Under the pieces are notes generated by a model that was not told where the DNA came from, made no database searches, and saw only the letters and a list, made by a program, of their open reading frames with translations. DNA of 64,000 nt from Malacoraja senta (lineage: Eukaryota). Shown here in pieces: positions 1 to 10,136 of this stretch. The DNA lies in contig CM075989.1 in NCBI GenBank assembly GCA_038087875.1, positions 9,364,001 through 9,428,000 on the forward strand, read 5' to 3'. Both the position numbers and the translations under genes were made by a program. Each line of letters begins with the position of its first letter. Within the stretch, counting starts at the first letter, position 1.

Positions 1-305
1 ACACTCTTGTAGAGATTGGGTAACGTTTGGTTTGAATCTGTAGGTTGTTACCGCACTTTTTTCTAAGCCATTGTGCCAACACTTTTGGTGTTTAAGATGT
101 GGGCAGGCTGCCATTTTAAACATTCTATAATTACACTGCTATTAATTAAAAAAATCACCCAGATGAGGTTGATGCATATTTATCTTTTAGAAAAAGTAGG
201 TACTACATGAATAATATTAGTCTTTTGAGTAGTTTATTGTAATATCTCTATTTTCAGACTTTTTTGAGTACCTATCATTTTTTCCTAAAATACTGTCCTA
301 TTATG

Positions 306-600
306 TAATAATAATAATAATAATAATACATTTTATTTATGGGCGCCTTATACCAAAGTCTCAAGGACACCTTACAGAGTTTAACAAGTAAGAAACATAA
401 TCGGAGTAAAATAAATTATAAAGACATCACCAATACACAAATTAAAGACAGAATTCGATCCAAAGACACAAAAAAAAAAAAAAATCAGAAACACAATGTG
501 AAGAGAGAGCAGCGGCAGCTAAACCGTGCCAGCGTCCACTCTCCCTTCCGACCGCCATCTTGGACACAGACTAAAATAGACACTACATACAAGACAGGGC
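306..600 (-). mobile_element. L2-type LINE/SINE 3' end with (TTA)n tail
   Basis: Minus strand reads ...CTGTAAGGTGTCCTTGAG...GGCGCCCATAAATAAAATGTATTATTATTA, a typical L2 terminal stem-loop plus microsatellite tail. Upstream boundary approximate. Confidence 0.55.
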
Positions 601-684
601 AGCATTGGATGGTTACTCTGATCCCGATTGTGCTCATTAACAGCATGGATATGTTTTCATAACGACTCATTAGATTACCATTCT

Positions 685-1332
685 TTTCCTAATTCACTTG
701 GACCATCTCTGCTATCTCCCTACCGTTTCTTGAACTCACCATCTCCATCATAGGAGACAAACTATCAACTGACATATATTATAAACCCGCTGACTCCCAT
801 AGTTATCTAGACTATACTTCTTCCCACCCTGTTTCCTGTAAAGGCTCTATCCCCTACTCCCAATTCCTCCATCTACGCCTCATCTGTGCCCAAGATGAGG
901 TGTTCCATATCAGGTCATCGGAGATGTCCTCATTCTTTAGGGAACGGGGGTTCCCCTCTTCCATTATAGATGAGGCACTCACTATTGCCTCCTCAATATC
1001 CCGCAGCACAGCTCTTGCTCCACCATCTCCCCCCCCCCATTCGTAACAGGGACAGAGTCCCCCCCGTTCCGTCCCCACTCTCCTCTGTCCTCACCTCCCA
1101 TCCCATCAGTCGTCGCATACAGCACATAAGCCTCCAACGGGATCCCACTACTGGCCACATCTTCCCATCTCCACCCCTTTCCGCTTTCCGCAGAGACCGT
1201 TCCCTCCACAACTCCCTGGTCAACTTGTCCCTTCCCACCCAAACCACCCCCTCCCCAGGTACTTTCCCCTGCAACCGCAGGAGATGCAACACCTATCCCT
1301 ATATCTTCCCCCTCGTCTCCGTCTAAGGACCC
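685..1332 (+). mobile_element. Penelope-like element fragment, 5' part (interrupted by CR1)
   Basis: Degenerate copy of the PLE ORF seen at 10402-11571 and 53830-55113 (YKPADSHSYLDYTSSHP, PGTFPCNRRRCNT). Breaks at ...AAGGACCC and resumes at ~6047. Confidence 0.85.
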
Positions 1333-1736
1333 TGCTCCTTCTCGACCTCAGCGCAGCATTTGATACTGTCGACCACACCATCTATATTGTGCAGGGAGAG
1401 GTAATTGGAACAAGGGCGTTGACGGGCTGATTGCTTCATTTCCGGTGAGTTCAGAGGTGGCGCTGATTGCGTCATTTCCAGTGAGTGCGGCCCGGGCTGT
1501 CGCCGAGGGAGGAAGGACGGAGCCGCGGCTCGAGAGGCTAACAGAGGCCAAGAGGTCTGCCACGCACTGCAAGGGAGCAGTGGACCAGACAGGAAGAGCG
1601 GACGGAATTACTACTTGACAGCCAAACCAGTAGGTAATTTACGGCTGGGGTGAGTACTTTCCCATTTATAGGAGGTAGGATTATATAAATAAGGGGTGTA
1701 TCAATAGGAGGTAGGATTATATAAGGGGATTCTTAA

Positions 1737-2726
1737 ATGGGACCAGTTATTTACTTATATAAGATGGGCGGCCAGGAGATGTGCCAATACTGTGAGATGT
1801 GGGAATTTGTCGACACCATTGATGTAGATGGTGTGGATGATCCCTACAGCTGCAGTAAGTGTTTGAGGCTAGCGGAACTCGAGCTCCGCATTGAGGAGCT
1901 GGAGACCCAACTTCATACGCTGCGGTACATCAGGGAGGGGGAGTATTACCTGGATGTTTTGTACCAGGGGATGGTCACACCGACTAGTTTAACTAATTCA
2001 GTAGTGAGTGAGCAAGGAAAGGAAGGTGTGGCCATAAGCGAGGCAGGTAGGGGGAACCAGGAGGAGATGCGGCAGGAGCCACAGCCCTTGTTCCTGACGA
2101 GCATGACCGAGGCTCTTACTCAATGTGAGGACGGGATCAGGGGCTGTGGGAGGGATGAGCAACCTGGCTGCAGCACCGTGGATCAGGGGGACATTCAAGA
2201 GGGGGGAGTTAGAAGAAATGCCGTTGTGATAGGGGATAGTATTATTCGGGGGGTAGATAAGGTTCTCTGCGGCCAGCAGAACATGTCCCGAAGGCTGTGT
2301 TGCCTACCCGGTGCTAGGGTTAAGGATATCTCTGCGATGCTGGAGAGAAATTTGCAGAGGGAGGGGGAGGATCCAGTGGTCGTGGTCCATGTGGGGACCA
2401 ATGACATAGGAAGGATGAGGAAGGAGGATCTGCTGAAGGAGTTTGAGCAGTTAGGGAATAAATTAAAAAGCAGAACCTCGAGGGTACTGATCTCCGGATT
2501 GCTACCTGAGCCACGGGCCAAATCGGCGAGAGTACGTAAAATTAAAAAGCTGAATGCGTGGCTCAAAGACTGGTGTGGGAAAAATGGGTTTGGTTTCTTG
2601 GGCCACTGGCACCAGTACTGGGACAGGGGGGATCTGTTCTGTAAGGACGGACTTCACCTGAACGGTGCTGGGACTGGGGTCCTGGCAAATCATATAACTA
2701 GGGCAGTAGAGAGGTCTTTAAACTAA
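1737..2726 (+). CDS. CR1 ORF1p: zinc-finger/leucine-zipper plus SGNH(GDSL) esterase
   Basis: CQYC...CSKC followed by heptad LAELELRIEELETQL; SGNH blocks GDSII, PGA, HVGTND, DGLHLN. Uninterrupted 329-aa ORF (true start may be a downstream ATG). Confidence 0.9.
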   Translation: MGPVIYLYKMGGQEMCQYCEMWEFVDTIDVDGVDDPYSCSKCLRLAELELRIEELETQLHTLRYIREGEYYLDVLYQGMVTPTSLTNSVVSEQGKEGVAISEAGRGNQEEMRQEPQPLFLTSMTEALTQCEDGIRGCGRDEQPGCSTVDQGDIQEGGVRRNAVVIGDSIIRGVDKVLCGQQNMSRRLCCLPGARVKDISAMLERNLQREGEDPVVVVHVGTNDIGRMRKEDLLKEFEQLGNKLKSRTSRVLISGLLPEPRAKSARVRKIKKLNAWLKDWCGKNGFGFLGHWHQYWDRGDLFCKDGLHLNGAGTGVLANHITRAVERSLN

Positions 2727-2749
2727 GTAGCGGGGGGGAGGTATCAAGG

Positions 2750-5710
2750 GTGGTAATAACGGCAGGGGTAGAGGAAATAGAGCAGGGTATCAGTGGGGAA
2801 ACGGAAAATCAAAATGTGACAGGAGGATCCAGAATGTGTGAAGATAAAGCTCTAGATGTAAAAGAGGCAAAAACAGAAAGGAAGGGTAGTAAAAATCATC
2901 TGAAAGTGCTGTATCTAAATGCACGGAGTATTCGAAATAAGATAAATGAATTAACGGTGCAATTAAGTATATATAGTTATGATATCGTGGCCATTACGGA
3001 GACATGGCTGCAAGGGGATCAGGACTGGGAGTTAAATATAGAGGGGTACTCGACAATTAGAAAAAATAGACAGGAAAGAAAGGGAGGAGGGGTGGCCCTT
3101 TTAATAAGGGAGGGAATAACGGCAATAGAGAGGAAGGATATTGCGTTGAAGGATCAGGATAGTGAAACAGCTTGGGTACAGATAGAGAATAACAAGGGGA
3201 AAAAAACACTAGTGGGTGTAATTTATAGACCTCCAAATAGCTGTGACGCTGTTAGTCAGAACATAAATCTGCAAATAGTTGACGCATGTAAAAAGGGAAC
3301 TGCTGTAATCATGGGGGACTTCAATTTTCATATTAATTGGGCAAACCAAACTGGGCAGGGTAAACTAGAGGAAGAGTTTATAGAATGTATTAGAGACGGG
3401 TTCCTAGAACAGTATGTCACAGAACCGACAAGGGGGGAGGCAATCTTGGATCTGGTCCTGTGTAATGAAGCAGGATTAATTAAAAATGTCATAGTTAGGG
3501 ACTCGTTGGGAACAAGTGACCACAATATGGTCGAATTCCATATTCAAATAGAAGGGGAGCAGGTTGAAACTCAGGCTAGGGTACTTAGTCTAAATAAGGG
3601 GGATTATGAAGGTATGAGGACTGAGCTGATCAAAGTTGACTGGGATAGCAGACTCAAGAATAAGACGGTACATGAGCAGTGGTGTACGTTTAAGGATCTA
3701 CTATATAACCTTCAAGAAAAATTTATTCCTATGAAGAATAAAAGGGGTAAGGGTAAGAACAGTCAGCCATGGCTCAGTAAAACTATAAAGGATAGTATTC
3801 GGCTGAAGGCAAGGGCATATAAGGTAGCCAGAGATAGTGGGAGGGTAGAGGATTGGGAAGCATTTAAAGGTCAGCAAAAATAACTAAGAGATTAATTAAG
3901 ACGGGGAAAATAGACTATGAAAGGAATTTAGCGAACAACATAAAAACTAATAGTAAGAGTTTTTATAGCTATATAAAAAGAAAAAGGGTGGCTAAGGTGA
4001 ACGTTGGTCCATTGGAGGGTGAGACTGGAGAGTTGTTGGTGGGGAACATGGAAATGGCAAAGGCATTAAACGAGTATTTTGTATCAGTCTTCACCATAGA
4101 AGACACAAAAAATATTCCAACGCTGGATAAACAGGGGGCGGTAGGAATGGAGGAGCTAAATACTATTAAGATCACCAAGGAGGTGGTATTAGGGAAATTA
4201 ATGAGACTGAAGGAGGATAAATCCCCTGGGCCTGATGGATTACATCCAAGGGTCTTGAGGGAGATAGCGGTGGGGATTGTGGATGCATTGGTGATAATTT
4301 TCCAAAACTCCCTGGAGGCAGGAACGGTCCCAGTGGATTGGAAAATGGCCAATGTAACACCTATATTTAAAAAAGGAAGTAAACAGAAGGCGGGTAACTA
4401 TAGACCGGTTAGTCTAACATCGGTGGTGGGTAAAATGTTAGAGACAATTATTAAAGAAACACTAACGGGGCACTTGGATGGACATGACTTCATCGGACAG
4501 AACCAGCATGGTTTTGTGAAGGGGAAGTCCTGTTTAACAAATCTGCTCGAATTCTTTGAGGAAGTAACAACCCGGGTGGATAAAGGGGAACCGGTGGATG
4601 TGGTATACTTGGACTTCCAAAAGGCTTTTGACAAGGTGCCACATAAGAGACTATTGCTAAAAATAAAAAATTATGGGATTGGGGGTAATATATTAGCATG
4701 GGTAGAGGATTGGCTAACAAATAGGAAGCAGAGAGTGGGGATAAATGGTTCATATTCGGGATGGCAACCGGTAACTAGCGGGGTTCCGCAAGGGTCGGTG
4801 CTGGGACCCCAGTTGTTCACAATTTATATAAATGATTTGGAGGAGGGAACCAAGTGTAATATATCAAAATTTGCGGACGATACAAAAATGGGAAGAAAAG
4901 TAGGGGATGAGGAGGATAGGAAGAGTCTGCAAAAGGATATAGATAAGCTAGGTGAGTGGGCAACAACTTGGCAGATGAAATTTAATACTAATAAATGTGA
5001 AGTCATTCACTTTGGGGAAAAAAAATGATAGGGCAAGTTATTTTCTAAATGAGGAGGAGCTGCGCTGTAATGCAACGCAAAGGGATCTAGGGGTAATAGT
5101 ACATGAATCACTAAAAGTTAGTATGCAGGTGCAGCAAGCTATCAGGAAGGCCAATGGAGTTTTGGCCTTTATTGCTAGGGGGATTGAGTATAAAAACACG
5201 GAGGTCTTGCTGCAGCTGTACACAGTATTAGTGAGACCACATTTGGAATACTGTGTACAGTTCTGGGGTCCATACTTAAGAAAGGATGTACTGGCCCTGG
5301 AGGCAGTACAGCGAAGGTTTACAAGATTAATTCCTGCAATGAGGGGATTGACATATGAGGAAAGGTTAAGTAGGCTGGAACTCTACTCTTTGGAGTTTAG
5401 AAGAATGAGAGGCGATCTCATTGAAACATATAAGATCGTGAGGGGCCTTGATCGGGTGGATGCACCGAGGATGTTCCCAATGATCGGGGAAACTAGAACT
5501 AGGGGACATAGTTGCAGAATAAGGGGGGGCTCTTTTAAAACTGAGATGAGGAAGAACTTCTTCACCCAGAGGGTGGTTAATTTATGGAATTCACTGCCCC
5601 AGGGAGCAGTGGAAGCAGAAACATTAAATATATTTAAGTCTAAAATAGATGTTTTTTTAGCTGCCAAGGGGATAAGGGGCTACGGGGAGAGGGCAGGGAT
5701 ATGGACCTAG
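2750..5710 (+). pseudogene. CR1 ORF2p (APE endonuclease + reverse transcriptase) with two single-base frameshifts
   Basis: EN motifs YLNARS, AITETW, GGGVAL, IYRPP, MGDFN, SDH; RT motifs NYRPVSLTS, YLDFQKAFDKV, GVPQGSVLGP, KFADD; CR1 C-terminus RGDLIETYK, FTQRVVNLWNSLP. Frame breaks at the A5 run 3876-3880 and the A8 run 5018-5025. Confidence 0.92.
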
Positions 5711-6046
5711 GTAGGGTTAGTATAGTAAGACCTGAGTGATCTCCTGGACAAGTGTCGATCGCCTGGATTGGGGTCGGAGAGGAATTTCCCGGATTTTTTT
5801 TCCCGAATTGGACCTGGGTTTTTATCCGGTTTTTTGCCTCCCCCAGGAGATCACGCGGTTCTTGGGGTGGAGAGGGGTGATAGCGGTATAAAGGGGAGGG
5901 TAGTGTCTTGTGTTCTGTGTCTTGTGTCTACTGTTTGTGGGTAGGGGTGTTTGTTTGGTGTTCAGCCATGAGCGAATGGCGGTGCGGGCTCGATGGACCT
6001 GGTGGTCTGCTCTCGCACCTACTTTCTATGATTCTATGATTCTATG

Positions 6047-6722
6047 ACAGTCTTTTCAGGTGAGGCACCTCCTCCAACCTCATCTACTGTATCCGCTGTT
6101 CAGTTGTGGACTCCTGTATATCGACGAGTCCAAGCGCAGGCTCGGCAATTGTTTCACTGAACACCTTCACTCAGTCCGCCTAAACCTACCTGATCTCCCG
6201 GTCGCTAAACGCTAACTCCCCCTCCCATTCCCACACTGACCTTTCTGTCCTGGGCCTCCTCGATTGTCAGAGTGATGCCCAGCGCAAATTGGAGGAACAG
6301 CACCCCATATTTCGCTTGGGCAGCTTACACCCCAGCGATATGAACATTGACTTCTCTAATTTCAAGTAACCTTTGCTTTCTCTCTCTCAGTCCCATCCCC
6401 CTTCCAGTTCTCCAGTCTTGCTGTCTCCGACTACATTTTATCTGTTTGTTTTGTTGTTACCTTCTCCCAAATAACAGTGATCTTTTCTACATTTTCCTTG
6501 ATCTCCATTCCCTTTGTCCTGTTTGCACACCTTACACTTCCTTATTATACACTTTCTTATCTATGAACCTCCCACTCCCCTGACATCAGTCTGAAGAAGG
6601 GTCTCGACCCGAAACGTAACCCATTCCTTCTCTCCAGAGATGCTGCCTGACCTGCTGAGTTACTCCAGCATTTTGTGTCTATTTTAGGTTTAAACCAGCA
6701 TCTGCAGTTCATTTTTATTACA
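6047..6722 (+). mobile_element. Penelope-like element fragment, 3' part (GIY-YIG end, 3' region with hammerhead-like motif)
   Basis: Continues the PLE broken at 1332 (CAGTCTTTTCAGGTG...LYIDESKRRLG...KLEEQH..FRLGSL); CTGAAGAAGGGTCTCGACCCGAAACGTA at 6591-6618. Confidence 0.85.
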
Positions 6723-7004
6723 TCCAAGTCCTAACATTTGTGATTTGACGATCTATTCTCCATACACATCAAAAAAACAATGCAGCAATATTTAGAAATA
6801 AAACTAAACTCAATAAAATTAAAATTTGATCTGTTGCACACTTTATAAAACTAAGATGAATTTAATTTGCACATGCCAAGAATACATTTGCAGCACCTTA
6901 TTTTAATTGATGGCTATTGTGAGGGAACAGTATGGTTAAGAGTTGAAGCAATCTACATAAAATTTGTAATATTTTGTTAATGTTGTAAGGTATGCTACGT
7001 ATGA

Positions 7005-7795
7005 GCAGTGGGCAGGTGCTATAGACCTGCACGGGAAGGTAGACGCTCCCGCCCCCACGAGTCTCGGGCAGATGGGGCTCGTCAGCCTGGGAAGGCAGTC
7101 CATCTAGGAGAGGGAAAACTCTGATTTAAAACCAGATCCAGAGCCAGCAACATTTTGGGGGACCCCTACCACCCCAGCAACGGACTGTTCCAGCTGCTAC
7201 AGTCAGGCAAACACCTCCGCTGTCATGCTGTGAAAACAGAGAGGATGAGACGGAGTTTCTTCCCACAGTCCATTAGGACTGTAAACTCTTATCTCACCAG
7301 GGACTAATTTACTGTACTAATTTACTGTTGTGTTGTGTCTTTTTAAAATTGATGTTTTTTTCTAACATGTAAATACTGATTCTGTTCTATTCTGTTCTGT
7401 AGTTTTTGCACAATGCGCTGGCATTGCCACTTTCATTTCACTGCTCATCTTGTATGTGTATGCGACAAATAAAGTTGACTTGACTTGACTTGAAACTGCC
7501 TTGTGGCCATATCCAGTCATGGAAAAGGCTCCAGGAGTAAACCTCAAGAAAATCCGGAGTCGGAGCCCCTAAGGCAGTTCGTCGATGTCTACAACCTCGC
7601 TCGGGCAGCTCCTGCGACGGCGCTGGTGCCAAACTGTAACGGCCCTGCTGTTCCTTTGGATCGATCAGCGACGTGGAGAGGGGGGTCGTGCTGCATGGGC
7701 AACAGCCTGTCCTCCATATGACATCGCCCAGGCTTGCATCCTACAAACTAGGATGCATCACCCATGGTCAGTCATGACCGAGGGGGGCCTACTAC
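7005..7795 (+). mobile_element. RTE-like 5'UTR-derived repeat, split by a Rex1/Babar 3' fragment
   Basis: GGGCTCGTCAGCCTGGGAAGGCAGTCCATCTAGGAGAGGGAAAACTCTGATTTAAAACC resembles the motif I recall from RTE/Expander 5'UTRs. GC-rich sequence resumes at ~7493 after the insert. Confidence 0.45.
7134..7492 (+). mobile_element. Rex1/Babar LINE 3' fragment
   Basis: Encodes DPYHPSNGLFQLLQSGKHLRCHAVKTERMRRSFFPQSIRTVN, typical of the Rex1/Babar C-terminus. Ends AATAAAG(TTGAC)n. Confidence 0.75.
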
Positions 7796-8696
7796 ATATG
7801 CAAGTTTGTTTTCTAACCCATCCGTCATGTTAATTTATTGTGCGAGCTGTTAAAAGAACAATTAGAAGCTAATTAGATCCCAGCCCCTCTTTTTTAGGGA
7901 GTTGGAGTATTTTAGGGCTCTTTGGCCAGGCTTGCTATCATCTGTCCTAGATTGTTTTTATGTGGCACAGTGCTCATTTTTGATTAATGAATCTTATGAA
8001 ATATTTTGAGACATTTTGCTATTTTAAAGCTTTTATAAGTGCAAATTGTTCATTTTCAACTCTCACTGACAGGTTGGCAGTCTCTACCATGTTTTGATTG
8101 TAAGAGTAGAATTGGGGAATTTTGAAGGTCCCAGTCAGCATGCACTTACTGCTCTAAACTGTCGTGATTGGCGATTTAGTTGGGGCCAAAGTAGTCAGTG
8201 GGAAATTAAGCCCTTTTTCAGTCATGTAGCTGTTCTCTCGTGAAATTGAGGCTTTTGTGGATAGTTTAAAAAAAAAAATTGTATTAAATCACATTATACC
8301 TGATTTTCGAGTACTTTGTCAACCAAGTGCTAAAAGTGAGAAATGCATACTTCCTAAGTAACTTTGGCACAAAGTCTGCTTTTTAAAGCAATGCACAAGA
8401 TATGGGCTCTGAGTTAATTGAGCTTCTTTTGTGAACCTTTGTTTGCTCCAATGGATGCTTCACTATATTTCCGCATTAAGCTTGACAGTGTTTAGCTGTA
8501 AATAAAACATGAGGGAGAGAAGTGGAAAGACTGGAAATGGGAAGAACAGAATTTGTTTGATTTCACACAGCTTAGAGGTAGTGTTGGTGTGAAAGAGGTG
8601 AACAATTGGTGAAAGGGTCACAGTTCACATCAAGTTCAAATTGATTAAATCTTCTGAATAGTCCACTGTCAATCGAAGGATAGTAACTTCCAGTAT

Positions 8697-9385
8697 CCTG
8701 TAGGAAGGAACTGCAGATGATGGTTTTAACAAAAGATAGACACAAAATGCTGGAGTAACTCAGCGGGACAGGCAGCATCTCTGGATAGAAGGAATGGGTG
8801 ACGTTTCCGGTCAAGACCCTTCTTCAGACTGAGTCAGGGGAGAGGGAGATACAGAGATAAGGATGTGTTGGTGTGAAAACGAGACAAAGGGGATGGAGAT
8901 CAAGGAAAATAGAATAGATCATTATTAGTTTGGAGAAGGTAACAACAATGCAAACAGAGATAAAATGTAAACAAGGACATTTAGACTATTTGGAGAACTG
9001 GGAAGGGGGGAGGTATGGAGAGATAGGGAAAGTAAGGGTTAATTTAAGTTAGAGAAGTCAATATTCATACCGCTGGGGTGTAAGCTTCCCAAGCTAAATA
9101 TGAGGTGTTGTTCCTCCAATTTGCACTGGGCTTCACTCTGGCAATGGATGGTCCAGGACAGAAAGGTCAGTATGGGAAGGGGGAGTTAAAGTGTTTAGCA
9201 ACCGGGAGATCAGGTAGGTTTAGGTGGACTGAGCCTATTCAGCGAAACGGTCGCCGATATGTGGAACAGCGGATACAGTAGATAAGGTTGGAGGAGGTAC
9301 ATGTGACCCTCTGTCTCACCTGAAAAGACTCTTGGGGTCCTTGGAGGGGGGAGGTATAGGAACAGGTATTACATCTCCTGCGTCT
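8697..9385 (-). mobile_element. Penelope-like element 3' fragment
   Basis: Reverse complement of the PLE GIY-YIG end (QGPQESFQVRQRVTCTSSNLIYCIRCS) and 3' region; hammerhead-like motif at 8800-8827. Confidence 0.85.
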
Positions 9386-9911
9386 GTGTATTGTGTTAAT
9401 GCTTTCAGTTTTAGTTTCTTTATGGAATCTCATGATATTCTTGTCATGGCAATTTGGTATCAATTATGTTGTATTTTACAAAATCATTATTTCAGTTAAT
9501 TTCCTGGAATATTGTTTTTATGTTGAGTTCAAATGTTGAGGAAAAGGTGCTGTATTGAACATTATAGAACATTTTATGAAGTTGATAAATATTTCTGATG
9601 CTGGAGAATGCTGATTAATTATCTTTTTATACAGTTTTGGACCTGAAGGAAAAGAACGAAAAACAAGTTTTGTTTTGAATGTTACAAGTATAGTCATTGA
9701 AATAAGCCTGTACTGGTGTATTCCAGCTGCCAGCCCCAATGTCCCGCTCTGGTGATCATTTGAAATGATTACAAGTTCAAAATTTCAAACTTCTCCATGT
9801 TGTGAAGTTGAAAGTGTGACGCACTTCATTTGAAGGACAGTAAATGCACTTTTGAAAAATGTTTATCCCTTCAGAATGGTTTCAGAATGTAATGCAGAGC
9901 TATATATTGAG

Positions 9912-10120
9912 AAGGAAGACAAAAATGCTGGAGAAATTCAACGGGTGAGGCAGCAACTATGGAGCGAAGGAACTAGGCAACGTTTTGGGCCGAAACCCTT
10001 CTTCAGACCCGAAACGTTGCCTATTTCCTTCGCTCCATAGATGCTGCCTCACCCGCTGAGTTTCTCCAGCATTTTTGTCTACCTTCGATTTTCCAGCATC
10101 TGCAGTTCCTTCTTAAACCA
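9912..10120. mobile_element. Short foldback (palindromic) PLE-derived element
   Basis: GACAAAAATGCTGGAGAAA...GGCAACGTTT and AAACGTTGCC...TTTCTCCAGCATTTTTGTC are reverse complements centred on the hammerhead-like motif. Confidence 0.85.
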
Positions 10121-10136
10121 ACTATATTTTAAGGAG

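Larger units (their letters stand above)
1384..6047 (+). mobile_element. Apparently full-length CR1 LINE (5'UTR, ORF1, ORF2, 3'UTR, octamer tail)
   Basis: GC-rich 5'UTR, ORF1 esterase, APE+RT ORF2, and terminal (ATTCTATG)n repeats at ~6024-6047, the canonical CR1 tail. Splits a Penelope element. Confidence 0.95.
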
